DNA from: an uncultured Acidobacteriota bacterium
GTDB lineage: Bacteria; Acidobacteriota; Thermoanaerobaculia; Multivoradales; JAHEKO01
Assembly: GCA_963713825.1 (NCBI GenBank)
Contig: CAVQNG010000003.1
Coordinates: forward strand, 1,632,001 to 1,696,000
Direction: 5' to 3'
DNA length: 64,000 bases
The position numbers and the translations under genes are program-made. The notes below the pieces were generated by a model. The model had not been told where the DNA came from. It did not search any database and worked only from the letters and a program-made list of their open reading frames with translations. Position 1 is the stretch's first letter. Each line of letters begins with the position of its first letter. Below are positions 12,369 through 23,019 of the stretch, one piece after another.

Positions 12369-15044
12369 TCACTCCGTCGCCACGGGCTCGGCAGCCTCCT
12401 TGGTGGCTGTGAACTTCGATTTGCCCATCGGACTCTCCCCGGTTCCGGTCATGGTTTCTTCCTCGACGGAGCCTTCGAGCTCCATCGCCATCTCCTGCTC
12501 ACCCATCGCGAAGGTGGCCGTGAAGGCCAGCAGCTCGCCGTCGAACTGCACCTCGCTCACCGTGGCGGTTCCCATGACGAACTCCATCGAGCCACCGACT
12601 TCCTCGTCCTCGATCAGGAACTTCAGGCTGAACGGCATGAGCCTCCCTTCGGCGTCGACCTCACCGTTCCAGGTGCCGAGCAGAACCGCGAGATCCTCTT
12701 CCGAAGCCTCTCCAGCTCCGGAGGCCTTCCTCGGGTCGAGCTGCTCGCCGTCGAAAACCCAGACACCGCGGCCATGGGTGCCGATGACGAGCATCCGGTC
12801 GCGTGGGTGGAATGCCAGGTCGTGGACGTAGGCAAAGGGGAGGTCACCCAGGACCGCCCAGGTCTCGCCGCCGTCCTTGGTGACGTAGACGCTGGCATCG
12901 GTGCCGAGAAACAGCTGGTCCTCCTTGTCCGGGTCCTCTCGAATCACGTTGACCGGCCCGAGGGGGACGTTGCCCGAAATGTCGACCCAGGTCTCGCCGA
13001 GGTCGGTGGACTTCCAGACGTAGACCTGGAAATCGTCGTCGCGTCTCCCGGTCTGCGTCATGTAGACGGTGGCCAGATCGTGCTGTGAGGCCACCAGTCT
13101 CGAAACCCACTTGGCCGGAACCGGTGCCCGTCCGATCTCCTCCCACTTCGCGCCGCCGTTTTTGGTGCGCCACACCCGGCCGTCATCGGTTCCGGCGTAG
13201 AGCAGCCCGAACCGTAGGGGCGACTCCGCGAGAGCGGTGACCGTCTGGTAAAAGATGTCGCCACTCTTTTCGGGATCGTCGTGGGAGAGAACCGGGCTGA
13301 TGTCCTCCCAGGTAGTACAGCGGTCCCGGGACAGCATGACGGTCTGGAGACCGTGGTAGACGTAGTCCGGGTTGTGGACGGACAGCACGGTCGGAGCCAG
13401 CCACTGCCCCAGCATCTTCTCCTCGTCGGGGTAGGGAGGAGGGAGGCAATCCTTCTTCTCGGTGCCATCGGCGCTTTCGCGATCCAGGTCGCCATAGAAG
13501 CTCGAGGCGTAGATTGTGCCGTCTCGTGGATCGATGGCGTGGGTGGTTCCCTCTCCGCCCAGGGTGCTGTCGAACTCGATTGGCTGGAGCTTCTTTCGAC
13601 CGTCCGAGATGTCGACTTCGGCGGAGTAGCTGCCGTGGTCCTGGATCGAGCCGTAAACCCGGAAGGGCTCGCCCATATCGAGAGATACGTTGAAGAACTG
13701 CGCCAGGGGCAACTCCTCGAGCGGGATCTTCCAGTTCTCCCCACCGTCGTAGGAGATGGCCAGGCCACCGTCCTGGACGTTCAGCAGGTAGTCGCTGTTG
13801 GCGGGATCGACCCACAGACCGTGGTGGTCGAGGTGCATCCCGGTCAGCACTTTAGCGGTCCTGCCGCCATCCTCGGACATGTTGAGAGCCAGCCCCATCG
13901 TGTAGATGCGGTTCTCGTCCTGCGGATCGACCCGGATCTGGGAGAAGACCCACCCGTAGGTGGCGGAGTGGTTCTCCATGAACTTCTTCGTCTTCTCGTC
14001 CAGACCGCTGACCTGCTCCCACGTCGCTCCGGCATCCGCGCTGCGATAGATCGTGGCACCCTTGATGCGGTCCTTCATCGCACGGCCGTAGGTGTCCTTC
14101 TCACCGGGCTTGGCCTTCTCGGCCACTTCGTAGCTGTCCAGGTAGGCGTAGAGCACGTCGGGATTCGAGGCGGCGATGTCGATCCCGATGCGACCTCGGA
14201 AGGCCGCCTCGGGTAAGCCGTCGTTGATCTGCTCCCAGTTCTCACCACCATCCGTGGACTTCCATACGCCGCTGTTCTCGTAGTGGGGAAAGTTCCTGGG
14301 ATCGCTCCACTTGAGCCGCGTGCGCTGCCACGTCGTGGCGTAGATCGTGTCGGGCTCGGTGGGGTGGAGGACGATGTCGTTGACGCCGGTCTCGTCGTCG
14401 ACATAGAGAACCTTGGACCAGGTCGCGCCGCCGTCGGTGGTCTTGAAGAGGCCTCGTTCGGGGTTTTTCGTCCACTCGTGCCCGCCTGCGGCCACCCAGA
14501 CGATGTCCGGGTTCTCCGGGTGAATGCGGATCCGGGGAATTGTGTAGGTGCCCGCGAGGCCCATCGCCGTCCAGGTCTCGCCGCCGTCGGTGGTCTTGAA
14601 GACGCCGCAGCCGGCGCTGGAGCTGCGAAAGATGTTCGCCTCGCCTGTACCCACCCAAACGACATCCGGGTTCGTCGGATCGATCGCGATGTCGCCGATC
14701 GAGGCGCAGGGCATGTCGTTGAAGACAGGCTCGAAGGTCGTCCCTTCGTTGATGGACTTCCAGACGCCGCCGGTAGCGGATCCAATCCAGATCGTGTACT
14801 GCTGGCCCCGTGGAGAAACGGCCTCGACGTCTGTGCACCGGCCGCTGACGTTCGTCGGCCCGAGGTAGCTCCACTTCGCTTTTTTGAACGGTGATTCCTG
14901 CTTCATCGTCAGGTGCTGCTCGAACCTCTCGAGCCTGGTCTCGCTGTCGAGAATCGGCTCCTTGACCTCTGCGGTGGCGGCCGAGACGGTTGTTGCGAGG
15001 CCCACGAGGAGCACGAGAGTCGAAGCGGTCAGAAAGGTCCTCAT
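12369..15044 (-). CDS. secreted VPS10/BNR-repeat (glycosyl hydrolase-like) beta-propeller protein
   Basis: Signal peptide; GPTNVSGR; repeated S/TxDGGxTW Asp-boxes; GTHGRG; extra C-terminal beta domain; RBS before ATG 15044. Confidence 0.85.
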   Translation of the reverse strand: MRTFLTASTLVLLVGLATTVSAATAEVKEPILDSETRLERFEQHLTMKQESPFKKAKWSYLGPTNVSGRCTDVEAVSPRGQQYTIWIGSATGGVWKSINEGTTFEPVFNDMPCASIGDIAIDPTNPDVVWVGTGEANIFRSSSAGCGVFKTTDGGETWTAMGLAGTYTIPRIRIHPENPDIVWVAAGGHEWTKNPERGLFKTTDGGATWSKVLYVDDETGVNDIVLHPTEPDTIYATTWQRTRLKWSDPRNFPHYENSGVWKSTDGGENWEQINDGLPEAAFRGRIGIDIAASNPDVLYAYLDSYEVAEKAKPGEKDTYGRAMKDRIKGATIYRSADAGATWEQVSGLDEKTKKFMENHSATYGWVFSQIRVDPQDENRIYTMGLALNMSEDGGRTAKVLTGMHLDHHGLWVDPANSDYLLNVQDGGLAISYDGGENWKIPLEELPLAQFFNVSLDMGEPFRVYGSIQDHGSYSAEVDISDGRKKLQPIEFDSTLGGEGTTHAIDPRDGTIYASSFYGDLDRESADGTEKKDCLPPPYPDEEKMLGQWLAPTVLSVHNPDYVYHGLQTVMLSRDRCTTWEDISPVLSHDDPEKSGDIFYQTVTALAESPLRFGLLYAGTDDGRVWRTKNGGAKWEEIGRAPVPAKWVSRLVASQHDLATVYMTQTGRRDDDFQVYVWKSTDLGETWVDISGNVPLGPVNVIREDPDKEDQLFLGTDASVYVTKDGGETWAVLGDLPFAYVHDLAFHPRDRMLVIGTHGRGVWVFDGEQLDPRKASGAGEASEEDLAVLLGTWNGEVDAEGRLMPFSLKFLIEDEEVGGSMEFVMGTATVSEVQFDGELLAFTATFAMGEQEMAMELEGSVEEETMTGTGESPMGKSKFTATKEAAEPVATE

Positions 15045-15114
15045 CCGATTTCCTCCAATTCTGCGGTGCCGAGCCGGAACGCTGAGAAGCCCTCCGGCGG
15101 CCCGCTTCACCAGG

Positions 15115-15585
15115 TCAAATGCCTCTGTCTTGCTTGTAGCGGTCATAGGCTTCGTGAAGCTCCATCTCGAGGAACTGCAGAAAGTCGATCATTCGGGACA
15201 GCGCCTGACGGGACTCCTCCGTGCGGCCTGCCATCTCGAGAGCTTCACCGAGTGGCTCGCGGAGCGAGAAGAACAGATCCATGCGCTCGAGCAACGACGC
15301 TTCCCAGTTCTTGAAGTTCTTGCGGAAGTAGCGCTTGCGATCGCCCGGTCGCGTTCGGTATTCGATGCTGCCGAGCGACAGGAGAAGGTTGATCGCCGCA
15401 CTCGTGGAGCTCTTGCTCAGTCCCAGGGCTTCGCGGATTTCATCGAAGGTCAGCTCCGGCTCGTGCGACACCATGAGCAGTCCCACCACACGACCGGGCG
15501 CGGGGGAGAAGCCGAGCCGATCATGGAGAACGCCGATGCGCTCGACCAGCTCGATCTGCTGTTTGGAGAGACTGTGATTGGACAG
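15115..15585 (-). CDS. GbsR/MarR-family transcriptional regulator, probable CTG start
   Basis: ELVERIGV..LGFSPAPGRVVGLL..LTFDEIREALGLSKSSTS...PGDRKRYF; family-like sequence extends 32 codons upstream of the tracked GTG. Confidence 0.85.
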   Translation of the reverse strand: MSNHSLSKQQIELVERIGVLHDRLGFSPAPGRVVGLLMVSHEPELTFDEIREALGLSKSSTSAAINLLLSLGSIEYRTRPGDRKRYFRKNFKNWEASLLERMDLFFSLREPLGEALEMAGRTEESRQALSRMIDFLQFLEMELHEAYDRYKQDRGI

Positions 15586-15889
15586 ATCGGTCCCCTTCTC
15601 GCCAGCAGAGCATAGCGAGGTTCGTTTGGTTCGGCAACACGAGAACTAAGCTGAGAAGCTCTCCCCTCTTGGGGATTCACAAAGGTGATCGGCGCGACTT
15701 TCATCTGGGAAGTGGACGTGTATGACGTTGACAACCGACGCGCAATGAATTTCTGATTTCAGTTCGCGGTCTGCATGGCCGTCCGGGCCTGACACTTTCA
15801 GACCCGCTCCCGTTCTTCCCCTACCTCTTGAGGTGGCGTCTCTTGACACCAGTGGGCGTAGATTCAAATGAACCCAGGGGGAACGAGCC

Positions 15890-16861
15890 ATGAGAACTCT
15901 CGTCTACGGTGCGGGACCGATCGGTCGCTGGTTGTCTCTCCGTCTCCACCAGGCCGGCAAGGATGTGACCCTGCTCGCCCGGGGCGAGACGTACGAATTG
16001 ATCAGAAGGGACGGGGTCATTCTGGTCGATGGATACACCGGCGAGAAGAAGGTGGCCCGGGTGAAGCTCGTCGAGAGGCTGGAACCGGAGGATCGATACG
16101 ATCTCGTGCTGGTGGTCATGCGGAAGTCCAGCCGCCTAGCCGTCTGTCCGATCCTGGTGGAGTGCCAGAACCTCCAGAACATCCTGTTCCTGGGCAACGA
16201 TGTCTCCGGGTTTCACCGGTACTTGGACTATCTGCCAAGGGAGAAGGTCTTGCTCGGATTCCCTGGTGCCGGAGGAGGCTGGGACGGCGACAACCTCGTC
16301 ATCGCAGATGGCGACAAAGCGAACGACAAGGGCAGCCCTCTGTTCATCGGTGAGCTCGACGGCGAGACACGGGAGCGAACAACCCGGATCGAGGAGTTCT
16401 TCGAGGGGGCTGGATTCCCGGTCAGCCTCGAGAAGGATATCGACGGGTGGCTCAAGTACCACTTCGCCTTCATGGGGCCCACGGCTGGGGTCGTTCTGAT
16501 GCATGGCGGTGATCTCGAGGCTGTTGCCGCAGACGACCTGGCCCTACGCAAGTACATTCGCGCCTGCCGGGAAGCAGGTGATGTTCTGAAATCTGTGGGC
16601 TACAAGAGGAGGCAGCCGCCCATCTTCAACTTGTACTACTGGCTGCCGGAGTGGGTGGGGGTGAAGGTCTTCCGAGGATTCTTTCGGTCTCGCAAGGTCG
16701 AAGTCGCCATGGGACTGCACGCCTCGGAAGTTGGTGACGAGCTGCTGGAGATGATGGAGGAGTTCGCCGAGCTCAGAGCCCGAGCTGGCATCGAGACACC
16801 CAATCTGGACGAGCTCTTGTCGTTTGCCCGCAAACCGCCCCCAATGGACCTGGCTATGTGA
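15890..16861 (+). CDS. ketopantoate reductase (PanE/ApbA) family oxidoreductase
   Basis: VYGAGPIG Rossmann motif, DVTLLARG, GFPGAGG, WLKYH, ETPNL. Confidence 0.85.
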   Translation: MRTLVYGAGPIGRWLSLRLHQAGKDVTLLARGETYELIRRDGVILVDGYTGEKKVARVKLVERLEPEDRYDLVLVVMRKSSRLAVCPILVECQNLQNILFLGNDVSGFHRYLDYLPREKVLLGFPGAGGGWDGDNLVIADGDKANDKGSPLFIGELDGETRERTTRIEEFFEGAGFPVSLEKDIDGWLKYHFAFMGPTAGVVLMHGGDLEAVAADDLALRKYIRACREAGDVLKSVGYKRRQPPIFNLYYWLPEWVGVKVFRGFFRSRKVEVAMGLHASEVGDELLEMMEEFAELRARAGIETPNLDELLSFARKPPPMDLAM

Positions 16862-16910
16862 TTGAAATACCCTAGCCGTGTTCCGCGGCTGACGATCTTC
16901 GCAAAGGGGC

Positions 16911-18344
16911 GTGTCTGACATGTTTCGTCTTTTGGTTCCAATCGTTCTGCTTGCCACGCTTCTCCCATCCACATCGGGGCTGGCGGTCGCCCAGGAGCAG
17001 CAACCGCAGAGACCCAACATCGTGTTGATGTTTCCGGACAACCTGGGGTGGGGTGAGGTCGGGGCTTACGGAAGTGTTCGCGGCGTTCCGACGCCCAGCA
17101 TCGATCGCATCGCCGCCGAGGGGATTCGGTTGGACAACTTCAATGTCGAGAACTCCTGCACCATCTCCCGCCTCTCGCTGCTGACAGGACGCTATGCGAT
17201 TCGGACCGGTGGGGATCACCTCGACGGTGTGACCCTCTGGGAAGTCACTCTTGCAGAGGCACTCCAGTCGGTGGGGTATGCGACTGGTCTATTTGGTAAG
17301 TGGCACTTGGGTGGCGTGAATTGGGAAGGGCGCCGCGGTCCGACGAATCAGGGCTTCGACGAGTGGTACGGCATTCCGGGGACGAGTCACACAGCGCAGT
17401 TCACGAGCTTTGAGAACTTCGATCCGACCACTATGAAGACGCCCCACATCTGGCAGGGTCGGGTTGGCGAATCGCCTCGAAAGGTGAAGCCATACGACCT
17501 GGAGAGTCGACGGACGATCGACCGGGAGGCCGCCGATCGGGGCATCGCCTTCATGGAGCGAAATGTCAGTGAGAGCCGCCCCTTCTTCTTCTTCTATCCG
17601 ATGACCCAGATCCACTTCCCCACATTGCCCCATCCGGATTTCGAGGGCACTACCGGTGCGGGAGACATCGGCGACGCCATGGCCGATGTGGACCACAACG
17701 TGGAGCTGGTGCTCGCCGCCATCGACCGACTGGGGATCGAAGACAACACGATCGTCTTCTGGTGCACCGACAACGGGGCCGAAGAACGACGGCCTTGGCG
17801 GGGTACTGCAGGGCCCTGGAGCGGTTTCTACAACACGATGCTGGAAGGTGGGATCCGGACGCCCTGTGTCATTCGCTGGCCCGGCCGCATCCCAGCGGGC
17901 TCGGTGTCGAACCGGATCGTTCATGCGGTCGATATCTTCCCGACGCTGGCGGCGGCGGTGGGTGCACCCGAGATCGTCCCGAATGACCGGGCCATCGATG
18001 GGGTGAACCAGCTCCCGTTCTTAGAGGGCAAACAACGCCACTCGAACCGCGAGAGCGTGATGTACTGGACATGGCGCGGTGAGTTGGAAGCGGTCAAGTG
18101 GAGGGATTGGAAGTTCTTCTACCACTACCGGTTCAGCTCAGTGGTCCCCAACCCCCCAGACAGCATGCGGCTGTTCAATCTGCGGTCCGATCCCAAGGAG
18201 GAAACGGACGTCAAGGACTTCAATCCCTGGGTGATGGGCGTGATCGATCGGATCGTCACCGAGTTCGAGGCCTCGACAGGGGCGTACCCGAATGTTCCCA
18301 GAGGCACCGGTGATCCCTACACTCCACCACAAGGTGATCGGTAG
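16911..18344 (+). CDS. secreted arylsulfatase-family sulfatase
   Basis: RPNIVLMFPDNLG, CTISR..LLTGRY, GKWHLG, TDNG, EGGIRTP; signal peptide. Confidence 0.9.
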   Translation: MSDMFRLLVPIVLLATLLPSTSGLAVAQEQQPQRPNIVLMFPDNLGWGEVGAYGSVRGVPTPSIDRIAAEGIRLDNFNVENSCTISRLSLLTGRYAIRTGGDHLDGVTLWEVTLAEALQSVGYATGLFGKWHLGGVNWEGRRGPTNQGFDEWYGIPGTSHTAQFTSFENFDPTTMKTPHIWQGRVGESPRKVKPYDLESRRTIDREAADRGIAFMERNVSESRPFFFFYPMTQIHFPTLPHPDFEGTTGAGDIGDAMADVDHNVELVLAAIDRLGIEDNTIVFWCTDNGAEERRPWRGTAGPWSGFYNTMLEGGIRTPCVIRWPGRIPAGSVSNRIVHAVDIFPTLAAAVGAPEIVPNDRAIDGVNQLPFLEGKQRHSNRESVMYWTWRGELEAVKWRDWKFFYHYRFSSVVPNPPDSMRLFNLRSDPKEETDVKDFNPWVMGVIDRIVTEFEASTGAYPNVPRGTGDPYTPPQGDR

Positions 18345-18348
18345 ACCC

Positions 18349-18936
18349 ATGCGACGAGATACCCGTTTGAAAAGACCCTTTCCCCAAAGGTGGGCTGCGG
18401 TTCTGACGATGTTCGCTGTAGGAATCCTCGGAACCGGGATGTCAGCAGCACGGGAGAAGCCCAACTTCACTGGCGCCTGGACGGTGTCCGAGGCCCAGGC
18501 GGGACCTGCTGCTGGAGGCGCCGAGCCGTCGGTCACGCTGGGGAGTGGGTGGGGTGAGAGCTTCACCCTGATGCAGGATTCCTCAATGCTGACGGTCGAG
18601 CGAGTGCTGTACAGGCCACGGGATTATCAACCGACCCTGAAGCTCCGGTACGCCCTGGACGGATCCGAGAGCCGGAACACATTTCTGATGGGCCGTGGCA
18701 TGCAGGTCCAGGTCTCGACTACTGCTTGGGAGGGCGACAAGCTTGTCGTCACTATGGTGCATACCGCTGCCGACGTCGAAGATGGGGAGGCAATCGAGTG
18801 TGAGGTGACACAGACTCTGTCACTCCAGTCGCCTCAGCAGGCAGTGGGGGAGTCGTCGCTGGTGGTTGAAACAAAGCGCTGTGGGGTTCTCGGAGGTCTT
18901 CCGACAACGACGCGGACGGTCTACGAACGGAACTAG
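18349..18936 (+). CDS. secreted hypothetical beta-rich (lipocalin-like) protein
   Basis: Signal peptide, PNFTGAW, WEGDKLV, TVYER C-terminus. Confidence 0.65.
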   Translation: MRRDTRLKRPFPQRWAAVLTMFAVGILGTGMSAAREKPNFTGAWTVSEAQAGPAAGGAEPSVTLGSGWGESFTLMQDSSMLTVERVLYRPRDYQPTLKLRYALDGSESRNTFLMGRGMQVQVSTTAWEGDKLVVTMVHTAADVEDGEAIECEVTQTLSLQSPQQAVGESSLVVETKRCGVLGGLPTTTRTVYERN

Positions 18937-19001
18937 CATGAGGTGGCGACTGCCCTGAAGTCTCCTTCTGCTCGAGTCGCGTTTCAGAAAGACAAACCCG
19001 A

Positions 19002-20396
19002 ATGAAGCCGAGAATCTGGATCTGCCTGGCCTTGTGGCTCCTTGTTGTCGGTTGTACGTCCGAGTTGGACGTCACTGTGGACCCACCGCAGCGCATCGTT
19101 CTGGTGACGCTCGACACTCTGCGCGCGGACCACATGTCTGCCTACGGCCACCCGATTCAAACAACGCCCTTCTTCGACTCGCTGGCCGAAAAGGGAGTGT
19201 TGTTCCGACGCGCATACTCGCACTCGGCTACGACCAAGCCGTCCCACTCCTCGATCTTCACATCGCTGTATGTCATGCAGCACCGCGTCGAAAGCAACAC
19301 TCTGGTTCTCGACGACGCCTACACGACGCTCGCCGAGATGCTCTCAGACGCTGGCTTCAAGACGGCGGCCTTTGTCAGTGTCGATGCGCCCCTCAGTGGA
19401 AATCTGAATCAGGGATTTGCCAAGTGGGACCAGTTCCGAAAGAACAAGAAACTGGAGCAGAAGAGCCAGTATCGCTCGGCCGGGGAGACCGTCGACGCTG
19501 CCCTGGAGTGGTTGGAGACTATTGATCCGTCGGACAAGGTCTTCTTGTGGGTCCATGTGTATGACCCCCATCGGCCGATGAAACCACCGCAAGGGCATCT
19601 GGAGCGCGTTCGCCAGATGATCGATGAGATCGGTGTGGATCAGTACGACGCTGTGCTGGAGGCGAGGGGAATTCCGACTGACCGGCCGTCCTATTCCGAA
19701 GTCCTCGAGTACGATGCCGAAGTCCTCTATGCAGACACCGAGGTCGGACGCCTGTTCAACCGGATGCGGGAAGCCGGGATGGGTCAGGATGCACTCTGGA
19801 TCCTGACGGGCGATCACGGCCAGGGGCTAGGCGCGCACGAGTGGTTCGGCCATTCCAAGCAGATCTACAATGCCCAGCTGCACGTTCCAATGTTGTTCTG
19901 GCTCAGTGAAATCCGTCGGCCGATCGAGGTGGAGGGGATTGTCGAGCACGTCGATCTCCTACCCACGATTGCCGAGTTGGTCGGCGTTGCGACAGAGCAG
20001 ATCATGCCCATCCAGGGACGCTCGCTTGTGCCCTACCTGAAGGGCGGCAGGCCGAGCGACCCGAAACGATTCTCGTTTGCCGAGCGCAGCCGCTACGCTG
20101 AGGCAAGAGGACGGAGGAAGAAGAAAGGTAACTTCGAGTCCGGCGCTCGGTACGCCCTACAGGACAAGCGCTTCAAGTATCAACTGTTCACCGAAGGGGA
20201 AGACGAGTTCTACGACCTCGAGGCGGACCCCTACGAGATGAACAACTTGATCGGTGTTGAGGAGTTGGCCAACGACCGCGAACCCATGCTCGAAGCGCTG
20301 CAAGAGCTCATTCGAACGCTTCCCACCGGCGTTGAAGCTCAGACCGTCTCACCGGAAGAGATCGAGCGGCTGCGCGCCCTGGGCTATATTCAGTAG
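19002..20396 (+). CDS. sulfatase-like hydrolase/transferase lipoprotein (Thr nucleophile)
   Basis: VVGC lipobox; LVTLDTLRADH, TKPSHSSIFT, YDPH, GDHG, ERLRALGY. Confidence 0.88.
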   Translation: MKPRIWICLALWLLVVGCTSELDVTVDPPQRIVLVTLDTLRADHMSAYGHPIQTTPFFDSLAEKGVLFRRAYSHSATTKPSHSSIFTSLYVMQHRVESNTLVLDDAYTTLAEMLSDAGFKTAAFVSVDAPLSGNLNQGFAKWDQFRKNKKLEQKSQYRSAGETVDAALEWLETIDPSDKVFLWVHVYDPHRPMKPPQGHLERVRQMIDEIGVDQYDAVLEARGIPTDRPSYSEVLEYDAEVLYADTEVGRLFNRMREAGMGQDALWILTGDHGQGLGAHEWFGHSKQIYNAQLHVPMLFWLSEIRRPIEVEGIVEHVDLLPTIAELVGVATEQIMPIQGRSLVPYLKGGRPSDPKRFSFAERSRYAEARGRRKKKGNFESGARYALQDKRFKYQLFTEGEDEFYDLEADPYEMNNLIGVEELANDREPMLEALQELIRTLPTGVEAQTVSPEEIERLRALGYIQ

Positions 20397-20664
20397 AAGA
20401 GGTTCAGTCCCAAGGCGAAGAGGAGTGGCTTTTTCCTCGCCGTGGATCCCTCCGGTACGGAGTCGGTGGCTTAATCGCGCCGGACCTGCTACCCTTCGCC
20501 TTCAAGTCTTCGCCGAGAGCTTCTCGGCGCGCGGCGCACAACAGGGTCTCCAACGAGTATCGCGTCGCCCGAAAGTACCCCCTAATCACTGCTGTTGTGT
20601 GGGAAGGAAAAGCGGCCGTGTGTCGTCTTGACGACGATCCGGTGCGCTGGAGAGCAATATACGT

Positions 20665-21933
20665 ATGTCTAGAAACAACAACGAAACCGTATCCGGATTC
20701 GCCCAATTCAACCTCGACCCCGTCCTGCACCGCGGTATCGCCGCGGCAGGCTTTGTGGAGCCGCGGCCGATCCAGGTTCAGACCATCCCCGCCGCCCTGG
20801 AGGGCCGTGACGTACTCGGCCTGGCCCAGACAGGCACGGGCAAGACGGCGGCCTTCGCGCTGCCCATTCTCGAGCGGCTGCTGTCGGGCCGGGGATCGGA
20901 TCCACGAGTTCTCATCCTGGCGCCGACTCGCGAGTTGGCCGCACAGATCAGCGCGGAGTTTCTCACCCTGGCCAAGTTCACGCGGATCAAAGTCGCCACC
21001 ATCTTCGGCGGCGTCTCGGTGCACCGTCAGCGTTCGGCGCTGGCAAGGCGGCCCGAGATCGTCGTTGCCTGTCCTGGTCGATTGCTCGACTTGATGCAGC
21101 AGGGCCTCGTGCGTCTGGGTCGGGTCGAGACCATTGTCCTGGACGAAGCGGACCATATGTTCGACCTGGGGTTCCTGCCAGACGTTCGCCGAATCCTCTC
21201 CGCGCTGCCCGAGGAGCGTCAGAACCTGCTGTTCTCAGCCACCATGCCAACGGCAATTCGCACCCTGGCCGACGGAATTCTGCGCCATCCGCACGTAGTC
21301 GATGTCGCCCATAGCCAACCCTTGTCCACGATCGAGCACGCGCTTTACCCTGTCGACCAGACGCGAAAGCTGGCCCTTCTTCAACGCATCCTCTCCGAGG
21401 ACGAGCTCGCCTCGGCCATCGTCTTCACGCGCACCAAGCACCGCGCACGAAGCGTGGCCCGCAAGCTAGAAGGGGCCGGCCACCGTGCCGTGGCACTACA
21501 GGGCAACATGTCTCAAGGGCAGCGCGAACGTGCCATGAACGGTTTTCGCAATCGCCGGTTCGACGTTCTCGTGGCCACCGACATCGCTGCCCGTGGCATC
21601 GATGTCGAGCAGGTGTCGCATGTCGTCAATTTCGACATGCCCAACACCACAGATGCCTATACGCACCGTATCGGACGCACCGGTCGGTCGGACCGCCAGG
21701 GCAAGGCCTATACGTTCGTCACGGACGAGGATCGGTACCTGGTATCCCAGGTCGAGAAGAGACTGGGGGCGTCGATTCCGAGACGTGAAATGCAGGGTAT
21801 CGAGAGCATTCCGTTCCCACAGGGCCGGTCAGGCCATGCGGCCTCCCAGCCTCGACCTTCCCAGCCAAAGGGAAGGAGTGGCGCAAGTGCGGCCAGGAGC
21901 AGGAATCGGCGCCGTCCCCGCCGGTCAGCCTGA
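20665..21933 (+). CDS. rhlE: DEAD-box RNA helicase, RhlE-like
   Basis: AQTGTGKT, PTRELA, DEAD, SAT, ARGID, HRIGRTGR; basic tail. Confidence 0.92.
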   Translation: MSRNNNETVSGFAQFNLDPVLHRGIAAAGFVEPRPIQVQTIPAALEGRDVLGLAQTGTGKTAAFALPILERLLSGRGSDPRVLILAPTRELAAQISAEFLTLAKFTRIKVATIFGGVSVHRQRSALARRPEIVVACPGRLLDLMQQGLVRLGRVETIVLDEADHMFDLGFLPDVRRILSALPEERQNLLFSATMPTAIRTLADGILRHPHVVDVAHSQPLSTIEHALYPVDQTRKLALLQRILSEDELASAIVFTRTKHRARSVARKLEGAGHRAVALQGNMSQGQRERAMNGFRNRRFDVLVATDIAARGIDVEQVSHVVNFDMPNTTDAYTHRIGRTGRSDRQGKAYTFVTDEDRYLVSQVEKRLGASIPRREMQGIESIPFPQGRSGHAASQPRPSQPKGRSGASAARSRNRRRPRRSA

Positions 21934-22012
21934 GCTGTCGACCCCAGCCCAGGATTCCATGCTAGTGTTGCCAGCAATCAAAAGGGTCTTTCAATCGAAA
22001 AAGGGAAATGAG

Positions 22013-22834
22013 ATGAAGAGAATCGCACTAGTTATGGCGTTGCTGATCGCTGGTTTCGCCACCCAGTCCCAAGCCGGCGTCTCGGTCGACCAGAGCAAGG
22101 TTCTGGATCGCTGGACCCTGCGCATCGGTGGATATCTGACAGGACTCGACACCAAGATTCGACTGGATTCGCCGACGGGAGGTGAGGGAACGACAGTCAG
22201 CCTCGAGGACGACCTGGGGTTCGATAGCTCTCAATCCGTGCCGCGGTTCAGTCTGGGCGTCATTCTCGGCAAGCGACACCAGATCACCGGTGGCTATTAC
22301 AAGACTGACCGGGACAGCACTACGACGCTACAAAGAGATATCGAGTGGGGAGATGAGACCTTTCCGATCAACATCGATATTGGCGCGTCCTACAACACGG
22401 AGTTCGTCAATCTCGCCTACACCTTCTGGTTCTATTCGAGCGAAGGCACCTCAATGGGCATTACCGGTGGTCTCGTGTACGCCACTCTCGGAGCGGGTGT
22501 CGGGATCGCGGCGATCGGTCAGGGGGCCTCAGTTGAAGAGGACATCAGTACCGACGTACCCGTCCCCCAGTTGGGATTCTCACTGAATCAATATCTCGGC
22601 AAGCGGTTCGTGTTCACTGGCAACCTCGGCTACATCGACTTCAACCTCGATGACTTCGACGGCAGTGTTGCGTCGGCCATCGTGGCGGTCGAGCATCGGA
22701 CGTGGAACTACTTCGGTTTCGGTCTCGGGTACAGCTACACGGGCTACGACATCGACACACTGTCGACGAATTTTCTGGGCAAGTGGGAGTACACCGTTAG
22801 CGGCTTCGAGATCTACGCCCGCGCCGCCTGGTAA
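22013..22834 (+). CDS. outer-membrane beta-barrel protein
   Basis: Signal peptide, LEDDLG motif, alternating beta strands, C-terminal W. Confidence 0.75.
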   Translation: MKRIALVMALLIAGFATQSQAGVSVDQSKVLDRWTLRIGGYLTGLDTKIRLDSPTGGEGTTVSLEDDLGFDSSQSVPRFSLGVILGKRHQITGGYYKTDRDSTTTLQRDIEWGDETFPINIDIGASYNTEFVNLAYTFWFYSSEGTSMGITGGLVYATLGAGVGIAAIGQGASVEEDISTDVPVPQLGFSLNQYLGKRFVFTGNLGYIDFNLDDFDGSVASAIVAVEHRTWNYFGFGLGYSYTGYDIDTLSTNFLGKWEYTVSGFEIYARAAW

Positions 22835-22861
22835 GACGGAGCATCACATCGTTGTTCACCG

Positions 22862-22889
22862 AGGGCGGGGCTTGGGCCCCGCCCTTTTT
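22862..22889 (+). terminator. intrinsic terminator
   Basis: AGGGCGGGG-loop-CCCCGCCCT followed by TTTT. Confidence 0.8.
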
Positions 22890-23019
22890 CGTTGCCTCTC
22901 GAGAGGCAACCCCCCTCCAGTAGAATTGACCCGAGTCGACGCAGAAGCTGTTCGAAACCGCGGCAAGCGGAAGCTGCTGTCAAGCCTAAACGGGGTGACC
23001 CCAGTATGGAGATTGACTT

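Noticed and set aside
20397-20664. Hairpin-rich leader of the DEAD-box helicase considered as a riboswitch
   Set aside because: No recognisable aptamer consensus; GC-rich stems alone are not enough.
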